Translations under genes and position numbers: made by a program
Shown: piece by piece, positions 21,373 to 31,905 of the stretch
Numbering within the stretch: the stretch's first letter is position 1
Layout: the number at the start of each line of letters is the position of its first letter
The notes under the pieces: generated by a model
Seen by the model: only the letters and a program-made list of their open reading frames with translations
Databases searched by the model: none
What the model was told of the DNA's origin: nothing
Source: an uncultured Spirochaetia bacterium
GTDB taxonomy: Bacteria > Spirochaetota > Spirochaetia > CAKZLE01
Reading direction: 5' to 3'
DNA length: 64,000 nt
Assembly: GCA_937125225.1 (NCBI GenBank)
Contig: CAKZLE010000035.1
Coordinates: forward strand, 76,705-140,704

Positions 21373-22454
21373 GGATTTTACGAAACTATCTTCTTAAACA
21401 GGTCTTGAAGACCATGGTGAATTCTATAATGTTCTTTGCCGTGATAGTGATCCTTCTTGATCTTTTTGGTAATATAAATATGTATATTACCAATGATATA
21501 CCACTTTCACAAATAGGGTATTTAACTTTACTTTATATACCAAAGGCTATCTCCTATTCGATATCTCCTGCACTCATGTTCTCGATAACCTTTACCATAT
21601 CTTCTTTGCATTCTCGTAATGAGATAGTTAGTATCCTGAACTCAGGCATATCCTATTTCAGATTCATCAGTTCACTCTTATTTCTTGGACTTTTTCTGAG
21701 TATTGGTGGATTTCTTTTTCAGGAGGTACTTGTTATTGATAGCTTCTCTGAAAAAGAGGAACTTACGAGTACTATCATAGGATATTCGACCTCTTATAAT
21801 AATAACAATGTAGTACTGATTTCTCAAAAAAGTAATGAGGTCTATTATGCTAGATACTATAATGACAAGAGATCCGAGATCTCTTCGTTGATCATTATAA
21901 CAAGAGATGATATGGGTGTTGTTACTAGGCGACTTGATGCGAAGAAGGCAACTTATGTAGAAAAAGAACAGAGTTGGATGCTAAATGATGTCACTATCTA
22001 TACCATCGATGAGATGCAAACTTTAATGGCAACAGAGCAGGATATCATGGTGCTACAAGATGAGAATATCAAGCCAGACGATTTAAGAGATATTACTTTT
22101 GATATTCAGGAGATGAAGATACAAGATGCTAAGCTTTATATTGAAAGACTTCGTTATATAGATTTCAAGAAATTCCTCTCTTTGCAGACAGATTACTATG
22201 AGAGATTTGCATTTTCTTTAACACCTTTGATAGTTGTGATCATCTCCTGTTCCTTAGGGAGTAGGTTCAAGAAGAATATACTCTTGTATAGTCTGCTATT
22301 ATCGATTATTATTTCGGTGTTTTATTATATTTTCGAAATGCTCACGATATTATTGGCAAAACAACATTATATTCCCCCTTTGTTGGGAGCCTGGTTACCG
22401 GTAGTTTTGTTTGGTGTATTGAGTTTACTCATGTTGAGGAAGGTACGTACATAA
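21369..22454 (+). CDS. LptF/LptG-family (YjgP/YjgQ) permease
   Basis: Same architecture as the upstream gene, and its start overlaps that gene's stop by 4 nt. Confidence 0.6.
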   Translation: MRILRNYLLKQVLKTMVNSIMFFAVIVILLDLFGNINMYITNDIPLSQIGYLTLLYIPKAISYSISPALMFSITFTISSLHSRNEIVSILNSGISYFRFISSLLFLGLFLSIGGFLFQEVLVIDSFSEKEELTSTIIGYSTSYNNNNVVLISQKSNEVYYARYYNDKRSEISSLIIITRDDMGVVTRRLDAKKATYVEKEQSWMLNDVTIYTIDEMQTLMATEQDIMVLQDENIKPDDLRDITFDIQEMKIQDAKLYIERLRYIDFKKFLSLQTDYYERFAFSLTPLIVVIISCSLGSRFKKNILLYSLLLSIIISVFYYIFEMLTILLAKQHYIPPLLGAWLPVVLFGVLSLLMLRKVRT

Positions 22455-22456
22455 TT

Positions 22457-23581
22457 ATGGATAAAATATTCACATTGACACATCAGGATACGAATTCAAA
22501 AGCAAGGAATGGTTATATAGATCTTCCTCATGGTAGGGTTGAGACACCTGCTTTCATGCCGGTTGGTACTAACGGAACTGTCAAGGCTCTACACCATACG
22601 ACTATTGAAGAGATGGGGTATAACCTGATTCTTGGAAATACCTATCATCTTTATCTTAGACCTGGAATAGAAGTGATAAAGTCCTTTGGTGGTCTTCATC
22701 AATTTAGTTCCTGGAAACATAATATCTTGACCGATAGTGGTGGATTTCAGGTCTTCAGTTTAGCCTCTTTTAGGAAGGTAAGAGAGAAGGGTGTTACTTT
22801 TCGGTCTCATATTGATGGTTCTTATCATGAACTTACCCCAGAAAAAGTAGTAGAGATTCAACGATATCTTAATAGTGATATTCAGATGTGTCTTGATGTT
22901 TGTACTCCTCCTGACCTTTCATTGAAAGATTCTATCAATGCCATGAATATTACTCACGACTGGGCTAAGAGGGCAAAAGAGGCGTGGTTAGGTTATCGTG
23001 AAGATTATAAGGGTAATCTGTTTGGAATCATACAGGGTAATTTCTACAAGGAACTAAGGAAACAGAGTGCTGAGACGATAAGTTCGCTTGATTTTCCTGG
23101 TATTGCGATTGGTGGACTATCAGTTGGAGAACCTTTCAATCAATATTCAGATTTTCTTGCTCATACAGTAGAACACATTCCAAGAGATAAACCCCTTTAT
23201 GTCATGGGAATCGGTAACCCCGAATATATCTTCGAAGCAGTAGAGAATGGGGTTGATATGTTTGACTGTGTACTACCTACAAGAACTGCTAGAAATGGAT
23301 CAGTCTTCACTAATGAGGGCCTGATCAATATGAAGAAGGCAAAGCATGAGTTCGATCATGGTCCAATCGTAGAAGGTTGTACCTGTAGAGCTTGTACTAC
23401 ATATTCAAGAGCCTATCTGCGGCATATGTTCAAAACGAAAGAGATCCTAGGGTCTATGCTTGCAAGTGAACATAATCTAGTTTACCTGAAGAACCTTATG
23501 GATAGGATTCGTGTTTCGATCAAAGAGGATAGATTTACCGAATTTAAAAGAGAGTTCTTTGCAACCTATGGGAAAAAATAG
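22457..23581 (+). CDS. tgt: Queuine tRNA-ribosyltransferase
   Basis: ...PAFMPVGTNGTVK..., ...LTDSGGFQVFSL..., and the zinc site CTCRACTTYSRAYLRH. Confidence 0.9.
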   Translation: MDKIFTLTHQDTNSKARNGYIDLPHGRVETPAFMPVGTNGTVKALHHTTIEEMGYNLILGNTYHLYLRPGIEVIKSFGGLHQFSSWKHNILTDSGGFQVFSLASFRKVREKGVTFRSHIDGSYHELTPEKVVEIQRYLNSDIQMCLDVCTPPDLSLKDSINAMNITHDWAKRAKEAWLGYREDYKGNLFGIIQGNFYKELRKQSAETISSLDFPGIAIGGLSVGEPFNQYSDFLAHTVEHIPRDKPLYVMGIGNPEYIFEAVENGVDMFDCVLPTRTARNGSVFTNEGLINMKKAKHEFDHGPIVEGCTCRACTTYSRAYLRHMFKTKEILGSMLASEHNLVYLKNLMDRIRVSIKEDRFTEFKREFFATYGKK

Positions 23582-23627
23582 AGAAGCGAAACAGAAAGAT
23601 TATACTGAACGGAATACCTATGTCATC

Positions 23628-25142
23628 ATGATATCTACTTTGATATCAAGGATACTAGGCATCGTGAGGATCAGTATAATCTCAATGATCTTCGGTGCCT
23701 CAGGAACAGCAGATGTCATAAATTTTACCTTTAATATTCCAAATAATTTGAGGAAACTCCTTGCTGAAGGAGCTTTATCAAGTGCATACATCCCTGTACT
23801 TTCAAAGTCATTGTTGAATGATGCTAAGACTAATGAGAATAACTCACAACTGCTTGTACAGAATATGTTAGGTCTACAACTCATGATCCTGATCCCGTTG
23901 ATCCTAGGAGTATTTCTGTTCGATGAACAGATTATAAGAGCAATTTCGAGTTTTTCTGATCCATCACAGATTGATTTATCAAGTGACATGCTCACCTATT
24001 TCTCGATCTATCTTTTGTTCATTTCATTAGCTGCTGTCATCAGTGCTACGCTCCATTGTAAATCAGTCTTCATCATAACGGCATTCGCACCTTTAAGTTT
24101 TTCCATCGCAGTAATAGGTACACTACTGTTCTTCGGACGTGATCAAGACCCCCTTTCTTTTGTAGTAGGGGTACTTATTGGTGGATTGCTTCAGCTGATT
24201 ATATTGGTTCCTGCTTTTAAAAGGGAAGGTTTTATTGTACTCCCAACATTAAGAGACCGATCTCCTCATATGAGACAAGTTTTAAAATATTGGTTACCAG
24301 TCATGATAACCTCCTCGATTGCGATTATCAATCAACAGGTTGCATATTTTCTTGCATCCGGACTTCCTCAAGGAAGTGTTACATCATTCAGTAATGCGAT
24401 AATCTTTTGGCAATTACCCTATGGATTATTCTTTAATGCTATTGCAACTGTTTACTTCCCCAAAATGAGTAGAGACTTCTATAAAGATGATATGACTTCA
24501 CTAGAAAGTCATATGCATAAAGGCCTAAATCAGTTAATGCTATTCATCATTCCTTCTATGTTCATCCTGTTGTTGCTTAGTGATGAATTTGTTGCTGCAA
24601 TTCTTCTAAGGGGGCAATATACCCTAGAAAACACTTATCTTACCGGAAAGGTAGTTAGGATGTATACCTATGGTCTCTTAAGTCTTTCTTGCTATAATTT
24701 TCTTTTGAGATTCTTCTATTCTATCGGTCAATATAAAGTCACTCTAATTTCTTCGATTATTGTAGCCTGTAGTGATATTCTCTTGTCGGTAATATATGTA
24801 GGGGCAGGGTATGATGTATCCTATCTTGCTTTAGCAAATAGTATCAGTTTTACCCTTGGCGTGGTTTTCCTGTTATTGCATATTAGATTTAAAACATCTT
24901 TCAATATGCATCTACAAAAGTCATTTAAAAGTTTGACATTCATCGTCCTTCTCTGTATACCAGCAGTTTTCTTGTCGTTTCTCTTTAAGAGTTACATGGG
25001 AATCCCCATTTCTTCAAGTGGTTCTATCAAGGGTATTACGATAACATTAATCAATTCTGGGTTATTCGGAGTAATCATCTTATTGTTCTACCGTATAGGG
25101 AACGTTGATATCACCTGGATTCAAAAAAAGCGACTGAGTTAA
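23628..25142 (+). CDS. murJ: Lipid II flippase MurJ (MviN)
   Basis: ~500 aa polytopic protein with the MurJ N-terminus MISTLISRILGIVRISIISMIFGASGTADV and ...LLAEGALSSAYIPVLS.... The ORF-track start at 23511 would overlap tgt by 70 nt, so the ATG at 23628 is preferred. Confidence 0.75.
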   Translation: MISTLISRILGIVRISIISMIFGASGTADVINFTFNIPNNLRKLLAEGALSSAYIPVLSKSLLNDAKTNENNSQLLVQNMLGLQLMILIPLILGVFLFDEQIIRAISSFSDPSQIDLSSDMLTYFSIYLLFISLAAVISATLHCKSVFIITAFAPLSFSIAVIGTLLFFGRDQDPLSFVVGVLIGGLLQLIILVPAFKREGFIVLPTLRDRSPHMRQVLKYWLPVMITSSIAIINQQVAYFLASGLPQGSVTSFSNAIIFWQLPYGLFFNAIATVYFPKMSRDFYKDDMTSLESHMHKGLNQLMLFIIPSMFILLLLSDEFVAAILLRGQYTLENTYLTGKVVRMYTYGLLSLSCYNFLLRFFYSIGQYKVTLISSIIVACSDILLSVIYVGAGYDVSYLALANSISFTLGVVFLLLHIRFKTSFNMHLQKSFKSLTFIVLLCIPAVFLSFLFKSYMGIPISSSGSIKGITITLINSGLFGVIILLFYRIGNVDITWIQKKRLS

Positions 25143-25174
25143 CAGCCGCTTCATTATCAAATAGAACTAAACTA

Positions 25175-27841
25175 TTAGATTGCTCTTTCTATCGATAAAA
25201 CCTTGTAGGAGTATTCTCTTTCATTGATTGTGAAGTCCAACTGTTGGTCTTTGACACTGTTTAACAGTGCTGAACCAAAAGGTGCTAGATAGGATATCAC
25301 ATTATTAGAAGGGTCGGACTCCCATGGTCCGAGTATGACATAGTTTTCATCAGTAGAGGTCTTGAGATTCTTAAGGCTTATCTTAGTACCAAATGATATC
25401 TTCTCAACATTAACCTCTTTAGGATCGAAGACGACTGCTTTCATCATCTCCTCTTTTAATTTACCTAAAGCGATGTTAAGAAGTTCTTGTCTCTCTTTAC
25501 CAGCAATATACTCAGCATTCTCTTTTAAGTCACCAAGAAGTCTTGCTTCTCCGATCTCTCGTGAATTATCAGGAATATCTACCTCAGTGATTTTCTTATA
25601 ATCTTTTTCCTTCACTTTAAGCATATCTAATGTTACAAGTAGTCCTCCAGTTATACTGTCTGATGTGATTGAATCTTCTGGAAAAAGGAAATTAGGGTAT
25701 CTTTCTTTGATAATATGTTTTATCTCGATCTTTCTTGCTGGAGCAAGATCTTTCACTTCATTAATCATTGGATAGATTCTCTGAATTGAACTGAGTTCAC
25801 ATACGTTGAAGTAGGCTAGCAGTTCTCCCTCATCGAAAAGTAGAGAATAGGTAGTCTTAGAGAGCTTTCTATTCTTACTAACATCTTTCTTGTTCTCAAT
25901 AGCTTTATAACTGAGATCCAATAGATGGATCAATGAGATTACTATCTTATCATAGGTAATCCCAATCTTTGAGATCCAGAAATCCTGGGAATAGTTTTTC
26001 ACTAACCATAAATAGGTCTCAGGATCCTCTTTATAGGAGGAATATGACTGGGTGAAGATAGTAAAGGCATCCTCTTTATGCTTGTTACTGAAAAGTGTAT
26101 CAAGGATATAGGCAGATTGATAATGTTTGAACAGATCTTTATAAACATCTGGCCAGTATTCAATCTCACTCTTCAATTCATCTAGGAAAGCACGTTTCAA
26201 TTCTGCATCTTTGAGGAGAGCGAACAATTGGTCTATCTGTTCGACCTCTTCTATCATCTCTTTGAACGTGAAATCAATGGGGAACTGTAGGAATGGATAA
26301 CTCTTCATCAGTTTCTTGACGAATAGGTAACTTGCAACGACAGTATCATTAACAGATACAAAACTTTTGATAATACTCGTGAAATATGAAAATATCTCAG
26401 CAAAGTAATCAGAGTCCGGGTCACTGTTAGTAAGGAAATCTCTTACGATCTTGATTTTCTGATAAAGATCCTTCTCACCTTTAAAGAGATTTAATGTTTT
26501 TTCATCAAAGGAGATAGGGGTTGAACGAACCATATATTCATCTGAAGATTCAGGATTAATACTGAATAAAGGATCAGTTTTTAATAATTTCTTTGCATTG
26601 GCACTCCAAGAAAGCCATTCATTATTGGTTAAAACTGATGGTACGAGTTCTGCTTTTAGAGCCTTAAGACTCAAAGAATTATCAAAACTCGTAATTACGC
26701 ATTTCAATGTCCAATGAACATCCTTTTTGATCTTAGTCTTCAAACGGTCTTTAGGAAAGACTGATTTTATGACCCAGATATGATTCTTAGGTAGCATTTT
26801 CAATGCTTTAATTCCCATTTTTAGAGACATGGTATGATCTCTTTTTGAAGAGAAATCGATAGTTAAGGACTCTTTGTTCAGAGATTTAATTCTCCCGATG
26901 CCCCATGTCTTATGATAGACGAAGGTACCCTCATCGAAAGAGATATGTTTTTCAAAATCTTCAATAGCAGATTGAATATCTCGATAAGACTGAGTGAGAT
27001 TTGACATCTCAATATAATTATTGAGTCGGCTGTGATCTTTATATTTTTCTTTGTAACAGGCAATGATCCCAGTTCTAGCAACGGTATTGGTTGGTTGGTA
27101 GGAGAGAATCATCTTGAGGAGTTTAATAGAAACATCCCAATCCTCTTTTGCGCTGTAATACTGGTATAGTTCATCAAGAAGTTGAGAAGCTCGTTCTTTG
27201 TTAATACCTTTCATAATCCTGACATTGATATGCATCAGATAATCATATTCTTCAGGGATCATATTGAGGAATTTTCCCCAGATATCTTTTATCTGATTAA
27301 AATTTCTCTTATTGATGAATCGGTGCATACATTTTTTATAGTAGTCGATTGCAGTCTCAATCTCACCTTGTTCTTCATATTTCTCGGCTAATATCTTAAG
27401 GATTTCAGTCTCTTCATAGTCGATCTTGACCAATCGTTCCCATATTGCAAGCTTCTCATCCTCTTTCCCCTGGTTTTCATAACATTCAGAGAGAGTCTTG
27501 AGGGCAATCTTATTCTCTCCATAAGAAAGAACTTTTAGTGATAAGAACTCTACAATATTCCACTTTCTATTATCGTAAAAAAGATTGGTAAGCTGAATGA
27601 GATTTGAATCATCTATGAAGTGTTTCATCAAAGAGATGACTCCTGAGATATAGAGGCCTATTATACTTGTCTTAGTATGGAAGATATGTTCATCACACAT
27701 CTCCTTGATCTCTATCAAATCAGATTCATCGATAGTTTCGATGATTTCATTCAGTTCCAAAAAGCTGTTAATTGTATAATTATTTAATGTAGCTCTTGTC
27801 CATTTTTCTTCATGTAAAAGTTCTTGTATCTTTTCTAACAT
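25175..27841 (-). CDS. greA: Long-form GreA-family transcription elongation factor (C-terminal GreA/FKBP-like domain, ~730-aa N-terminal extension)
   Basis: The C-terminal ~150 aa match the GreA coiled-coil plus FKBP-like domain (...EARLLGDLKENAEYIAGKERQELL...KISFGTKISLKNL...VILGPWESDP...). The N-terminal 700+ aa have no assignable domain. An RBS GGAG lies 7 nt upstream of the ATG. Confidence 0.65.
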   Translation of the reverse strand: MLEKIQELLHEEKWTRATLNNYTINSFLELNEIIETIDESDLIEIKEMCDEHIFHTKTSIIGLYISGVISLMKHFIDDSNLIQLTNLFYDNRKWNIVEFLSLKVLSYGENKIALKTLSECYENQGKEDEKLAIWERLVKIDYEETEILKILAEKYEEQGEIETAIDYYKKCMHRFINKRNFNQIKDIWGKFLNMIPEEYDYLMHINVRIMKGINKERASQLLDELYQYYSAKEDWDVSIKLLKMILSYQPTNTVARTGIIACYKEKYKDHSRLNNYIEMSNLTQSYRDIQSAIEDFEKHISFDEGTFVYHKTWGIGRIKSLNKESLTIDFSSKRDHTMSLKMGIKALKMLPKNHIWVIKSVFPKDRLKTKIKKDVHWTLKCVITSFDNSLSLKALKAELVPSVLTNNEWLSWSANAKKLLKTDPLFSINPESSDEYMVRSTPISFDEKTLNLFKGEKDLYQKIKIVRDFLTNSDPDSDYFAEIFSYFTSIIKSFVSVNDTVVASYLFVKKLMKSYPFLQFPIDFTFKEMIEEVEQIDQLFALLKDAELKRAFLDELKSEIEYWPDVYKDLFKHYQSAYILDTLFSNKHKEDAFTIFTQSYSSYKEDPETYLWLVKNYSQDFWISKIGITYDKIVISLIHLLDLSYKAIENKKDVSKNRKLSKTTYSLLFDEGELLAYFNVCELSSIQRIYPMINEVKDLAPARKIEIKHIIKERYPNFLFPEDSITSDSITGGLLVTLDMLKVKEKDYKKITEVDIPDNSREIGEARLLGDLKENAEYIAGKERQELLNIALGKLKEEMMKAVVFDPKEVNVEKISFGTKISLKNLKTSTDENYVILGPWESDPSNNVISYLAPFGSALLNSVKDQQLDFTINEREYSYKVLSIERAI

Positions 27842-28304
27842 TACATAACTCCATATATAGTAAATAATAACTAAATTTTTCCGCTAGTTGAAAAGTGCAT
27901 ATGAATCTTACAGAATCAAAACATAGAAACTGTCAATCCAAGGTCATATCATTGGTTGTATTACTATACAGAACTTCTGTATATAAAAAGAAATGGATAT
28001 CAAATTGAATATAAATCAAAACACTTAACTATAGAATATAGTATATTAATGAGACTTTCAATAAACTATTCAAATTTTATATAATTTCTCAGGTGTTTTT
28101 TAATAAATCTAAAGTGTATAAGAAACTGAAGACATGAGAAAATAGGTTCGCTTTCATCTATGTAAGAATGAGAATAGAAAAATTTGATTCAATATGAATG
28201 TTTATAAAGCTTTTAAATTGTGAATCTTTTTGGTTGAAATAATTGACGGAATCTTAGAAACCTAGAATATTGAGTTTTATCTTACATTTTGCTATAAAAT
28301 AGGT

Positions 28305-28967
28305 ATGAAAGAAAAAACATTAATAGTAGCGCCATCTGTATTATCTGCAGATTTTTCAAAGATTACTGAAGAGATTGAATCTATTAAAGCAGCAAAAGCT
28401 CAATGGATACATCTTGATGTCATGGATGGGAATTTTGTCCCAAATATTACCTTCGGGCACAAGTTTATAAAAGACATAAGATCAAAATCTGATCTTATCT
28501 TTGATACACACCTAATGGTCGATCACCCTGAGACTCATATAGAAGACTTTGCCCAGGCAGGTTCTGATTATATAACTTTTCATATTGAAGCAACTACACA
28601 TGCGCATAGAGTCATCCAGCAGATTCGTGCTACGGGTAAGAAGGTAGGAATCTCAATTATCCCTTCGACACCGCTTTATTTGATAGAAGAGTTACTTTCT
28701 GAGATAGATCTCATTCTTATCATGACCGTGAATCCAGGGTATGGTGGGCAAAAACTTCTCGATATCTGTATCAAAAAGGTGATGAGATTAAAAACATTGA
28801 GAGATACTCATGAAGATTATTCATTCCTTATATCTGTAGATGGAGGGGTTAATCTTTCGACTATCAAAAAGGTGAAGGCTTCTGGTGTTGATATAACGGT
28901 GGCCGGGAGTGCTTTTTTCTCAGCTGAGGATAAAACGATTTTTGTAGAAAAAATGAAAAATGCATAG
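28305..28967 (+). CDS. rpe: Ribulose-phosphate 3-epimerase
   Basis: ...IAPSVLSADFSKI...HLDVMDGNFVPNITFG...HLMV...DGGVN.... Confidence 0.85.
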   Translation: MKEKTLIVAPSVLSADFSKITEEIESIKAAKAQWIHLDVMDGNFVPNITFGHKFIKDIRSKSDLIFDTHLMVDHPETHIEDFAQAGSDYITFHIEATTHAHRVIQQIRATGKKVGISIIPSTPLYLIEELLSEIDLILIMTVNPGYGGQKLLDICIKKVMRLKTLRDTHEDYSFLISVDGGVNLSTIKKVKASGVDITVAGSAFFSAEDKTIFVEKMKNA

Positions 28968-28985
28968 TATTACAAAGGCATATCT

Positions 28986-29429
28986 ATGAAAGCAGTAATA
29001 CAAAGAGTTAAAAATGCTTCGGTTACAGTCAATGGTATGATAACTGGTAAAATTGATAAAGGTCTGCTTGTATATCTTGGTGTTGAAGAAAGAGATGAAA
29101 ACAAAGATCTATACTATATTTCAAAAAAAATAGCAAATTTGAGAATATTTACTGATGATGAAGGTAAAATGAACAGGTCTGTCAAACAGATATCTGGAAG
29201 TGTTCTTCTTATCAGCCAGTTTACTTTATGTGCCGATACAAAAAAGGGTAACAGACCCTCGTTCAATTCAGCCATGGAACCGGTGGCAGCTAAAAGATTC
29301 TACCTCGAATTGCAGAGAATCCTTCAACAAGATTTTGATTTACCGGTCGAAAAGGGGTCATTCGGAGATCACATGGATGTCTTGTATACGAATGACGGCC
29401 CAGTCACGATAATTATCGAATCACCATAG
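28986..29429 (+). CDS. dtd: D-aminoacyl-tRNA deacylase
   Basis: 147 aa with MKAVIQRVKNASVTV...LLISQFTL...GNRPSF and a ...NDGPVT... C-terminus. Confidence 0.85.
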   Translation: MKAVIQRVKNASVTVNGMITGKIDKGLLVYLGVEERDENKDLYYISKKIANLRIFTDDEGKMNRSVKQISGSVLLISQFTLCADTKKGNRPSFNSAMEPVAAKRFYLELQRILQQDFDLPVEKGSFGDHMDVLYTNDGPVTIIIESP

Positions 29430-29493
29430 TTTTTTGAATCAAAAATGATTATTTTCTGTTATAGTAGGTTATATATAGTTTTGGAGGTTGAAT

Positions 29494-30552
29494 ATGGCAA
29501 AAAAGAGTACTCAAAACAAAGTGCAGCCAGTTGATAATAAAATTCAGGCATTGGAATCAGCCAAATTGCAGATTGAAAAGCAGTTTGGAAAAGGGTCTCT
29601 GATGCGATTAGGTGATAGTAATATAGATTATACTATTGGGTATATCCCATCAGGTTCGATTCTTCTTGATGAAGCATTGGGAATAGGTGGTTACCCAAAG
29701 GGTAGAGTAATAGAGATATATGGGCCTGAATCATCAGGTAAGACAACTTTAGCACTTCATGCGATTGCTGAATGTCAAAAACAGGGTGGAATAGCGGCTT
29801 TCATAGATGCAGAGCATGCCTTGGACCCAAGTTATGCAAAAAACCTTGGTGTTAATATTGACGAGTTATGGATCTCTCAACCAGATACAGGTGAACAGGC
29901 TCTTGAGATTACAGAATCTTTGATCCGTTCTGGAGCAGTAGACATCATAGTAGTAGACTCTGTTGCAGCCTTGACCCCTCAAGCTGAGATTGATGGAGAG
30001 ATGGGAGATTCTCATATGGGTCTTCAAGCACGACTCATGAGTCAAGCTTTAAGAAAGATCACCGGAATCCTTTCTAAATCAAATACTAGTATCGTTTTCA
30101 TTAATCAGATTCGAATGAAAATCGGCGTGATGTTCGGGAACCCTGAGACCACAACCGGAGGGAATGCTCTTAAATTCTATTCATCAGTAAGAATCGATGT
30201 AAGAAAGATCGAGACACTATCAAAGAATGCTGATAATGTTATTGGAAACAGAGTAAGAGTGAAAATCGTGAAGAACAAGATGGCTCCTCCTTTTAAAAAG
30301 GTTGAATTAGATCTTATCTTCGGTAAAGGTCTGAGTTATGAGGGTAGTATACTCGATGCAGCGGTCAAATATGATCTGATACAAAAGAGTGGGAGTTGGT
30401 ATGCTTATGGAGATGAGAAGATAGGACAAGGTAAGGATAATGCAAAAGAGTTCCTGATTGCCCATAACGAAATTCTTGTTGAGTTAGAACAAAATCTAAG
30501 AAAGATCATGTTCCCCAATCAATATCCTGAAGAGACTGTTGAGGAAAAATGA
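29494..30552 (+). CDS. recA: Recombinase RecA
   Basis: Walker [13 protein letters not shown], ...[10 protein letters not shown]..., ...VVDSVAAL.... GGAGG lies 6 nt upstream of the ATG at 29494; the ORF-track TTG at 29488 is unlikely. Confidence 0.95.
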   Translation: MAKKSTQNKVQPVDNKIQALESAKLQIEKQFGKGSLMRLGDSNIDYTIGYIPSGSILLDEALGIGGYPKGRVIEIYGPESSGKTTLALHAIAECQKQGGIAAFIDAEHALDPSYAKNLGVNIDELWISQPDTGEQALEITESLIRSGAVDIIVVDSVAALTPQAEIDGEMGDSHMGLQARLMSQALRKITGILSKSNTSIVFINQIRMKIGVMFGNPETTTGGNALKFYSSVRIDVRKIETLSKNADNVIGNRVRVKIVKNKMAPPFKKVELDLIFGKGLSYEGSILDAAVKYDLIQKSGSWYAYGDEKIGQGKDNAKEFLIAHNEILVELEQNLRKIMFPNQYPEETVEEK

Positions 30553-30559
30553 TCTGATA

Positions 30560-31342
30560 ATGGATGAGATAGTAGAGGACCAAGAGACAGAGACTAAGAA
30601 AACTCAGACGAAAAAGCAATTCAAGTTGCATACGTTTGAGGGTCCTCTTGATCTGTTACTATTCCTTATCCAGCAGTCGGAGGTCAATATCTATGATATA
30701 CCGATTTCTGAGATTACTGATCAATATCTTGAATATCTACAATTAGCTAAACAGATCGACCTAGATAATCTAACCGACTTCTATTCTATGGCAGCAACCC
30801 TCATCTATATTAAGTCACGTATGCTTCTTCCCGTAGAGGTTGAATTTGATGAAGAGTTCGAGGATCCTAGAAAAGAACTCGTAGATCGACTCATCGAATA
30901 TCATAAATTCAAAAAATATGCTGAACTCATAGAACAGAACTATTCTCAAGATGACTATTATTTTATACGAAATAAGCACCAGAGTTCTCTTCCCTTCAAT
31001 GATGAGGATCTATGGAGTGAGATTGATGTTTGGGACCTTTTAAAAACATTCTCTTCTCTTTTATCGAATATCTCTCCAGAAAAAATCTTCAACATATATG
31101 AAGAGGTTTCTGTAAAAGAGAAACTAGCTCTCATGGATGAGTTATTCGAGCATACAGATGAGATTGCTTTTATGGATTTAGTCGTTCATGAAGAATCTCC
31201 ATTAGATGTAATATGTTCGTTTTTAGCGATCCTAGAAGCCGTAAAGTTTAGAAAGATTTTGATCTATCAAAATACGATGTTTGGAGATATCCGAATCAAA
31301 TTTCGACCTGTAGAAGTGAAGAAAGGTAATGATGATAAGTAA
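30560..31342 (+). CDS. scpA: Segregation and condensation protein A
   Basis: ...FEGPLDLLLFLIQQSEVNIYDIPISEITDQYLEYL..., located upstream of scpB. The start is uncertain: it could be the TTG at 30539, overlapping the recA stop. Confidence 0.75.
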   Translation: MDEIVEDQETETKKTQTKKQFKLHTFEGPLDLLLFLIQQSEVNIYDIPISEITDQYLEYLQLAKQIDLDNLTDFYSMAATLIYIKSRMLLPVEVEFDEEFEDPRKELVDRLIEYHKFKKYAELIEQNYSQDDYYFIRNKHQSSLPFNDEDLWSEIDVWDLLKTFSSLLSNISPEKIFNIYEEVSVKEKLALMDELFEHTDEIAFMDLVVHEESPLDVICSFLAILEAVKFRKILIYQNTMFGDIRIKFRPVEVKKGNDDK

Positions 31343-31359
31343 ACGGGTAGGGAGGCTTT

Positions 31360-31902
31360 ATGTTATCAGAAATAGCTAGAGTAGTTGAAGCTATTCTTTT
31401 CCTTGAGAATGATCCTATCAGTCTTAGTCATATGGCGAAAGTAACCGGTTCTACTGAACTTGATATTGCTCAAGCACTTCAGGAAATTGAAGAATACTTT
31501 TCAAAATCTTATCATGGGATAGAGCTTACTAGGAGAGCTGATGAATACCAGTTCCTTCCTAAAAAGGATTTGTGGCCCAATCTTAAGGAGCGATATGGTA
31601 AGAGAATAGATAAGCGACTCACTAAGGCTACTTTAGAGACCTTGTCTATCATTGCCTATTCTCAACCGATAACTAGAAAAGAGATAGAAGCTATCAGAGG
31701 AGTTTCCTCCGATACAATCCTGAGGATCCTTAAAGAAAAGGAACTCATAAAAGTCACAGGATATAAAGAGGGCCCTGGACGGCCTTCTCTATATGGTACA
31801 ACTAAGAAATTTCTTAAGAATTTCAATCTTTCGAGTATCTCATCCCTACCTAAATTGGGTGAGATAGATGAAGAGAGATTCTTAAGTGTAGAGGATGAAT
31901 AA
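31360..31902 (+). CDS. scpB: Segregation and condensation protein B
   Basis: Tandem winged-helix protein (...LETLSIIAYSQPITRKEIEAIRGVSSD...), ~180 aa, following scpA. Confidence 0.8.
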   Translation: MLSEIARVVEAILFLENDPISLSHMAKVTGSTELDIAQALQEIEEYFSKSYHGIELTRRADEYQFLPKKDLWPNLKERYGKRIDKRLTKATLETLSIIAYSQPITRKEIEAIRGVSSDTILRILKEKELIKVTGYKEGPGRPSLYGTTKKFLKNFNLSSISSLPKLGEIDEERFLSVEDE

Positions 31903-31905
31903 TAG

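Noticed and set aside
23511-23627. Upstream extension of murJ overlapping the tgt 3' end by 70 nt
   Set aside because: The extension adds a charged, non-membrane N-terminus. The MurJ family begins at the first TM helix (MISTLISRILG...), encoded from the ATG at 23628.
25143-25174. Possible terminator hairpin between convergent murJ and greA (AAGCG...CGCTT)
   Set aside because: A 5-bp stem with a 14-nt loop and no U-tract is not convincing.
27842-28304. 460-bp AT-rich intergenic region between divergent greA and rpe, examined for a small RNA or mobile-element remnant
   Set aside because: It has no inverted repeats, GC-rich structured island or conserved RNA motif. It is most simply a divergent promoter region. 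A possible greA promoter (TTCAAC, 18 nt, TATTAT on the minus strand around 27864-27893) is too weak to call.
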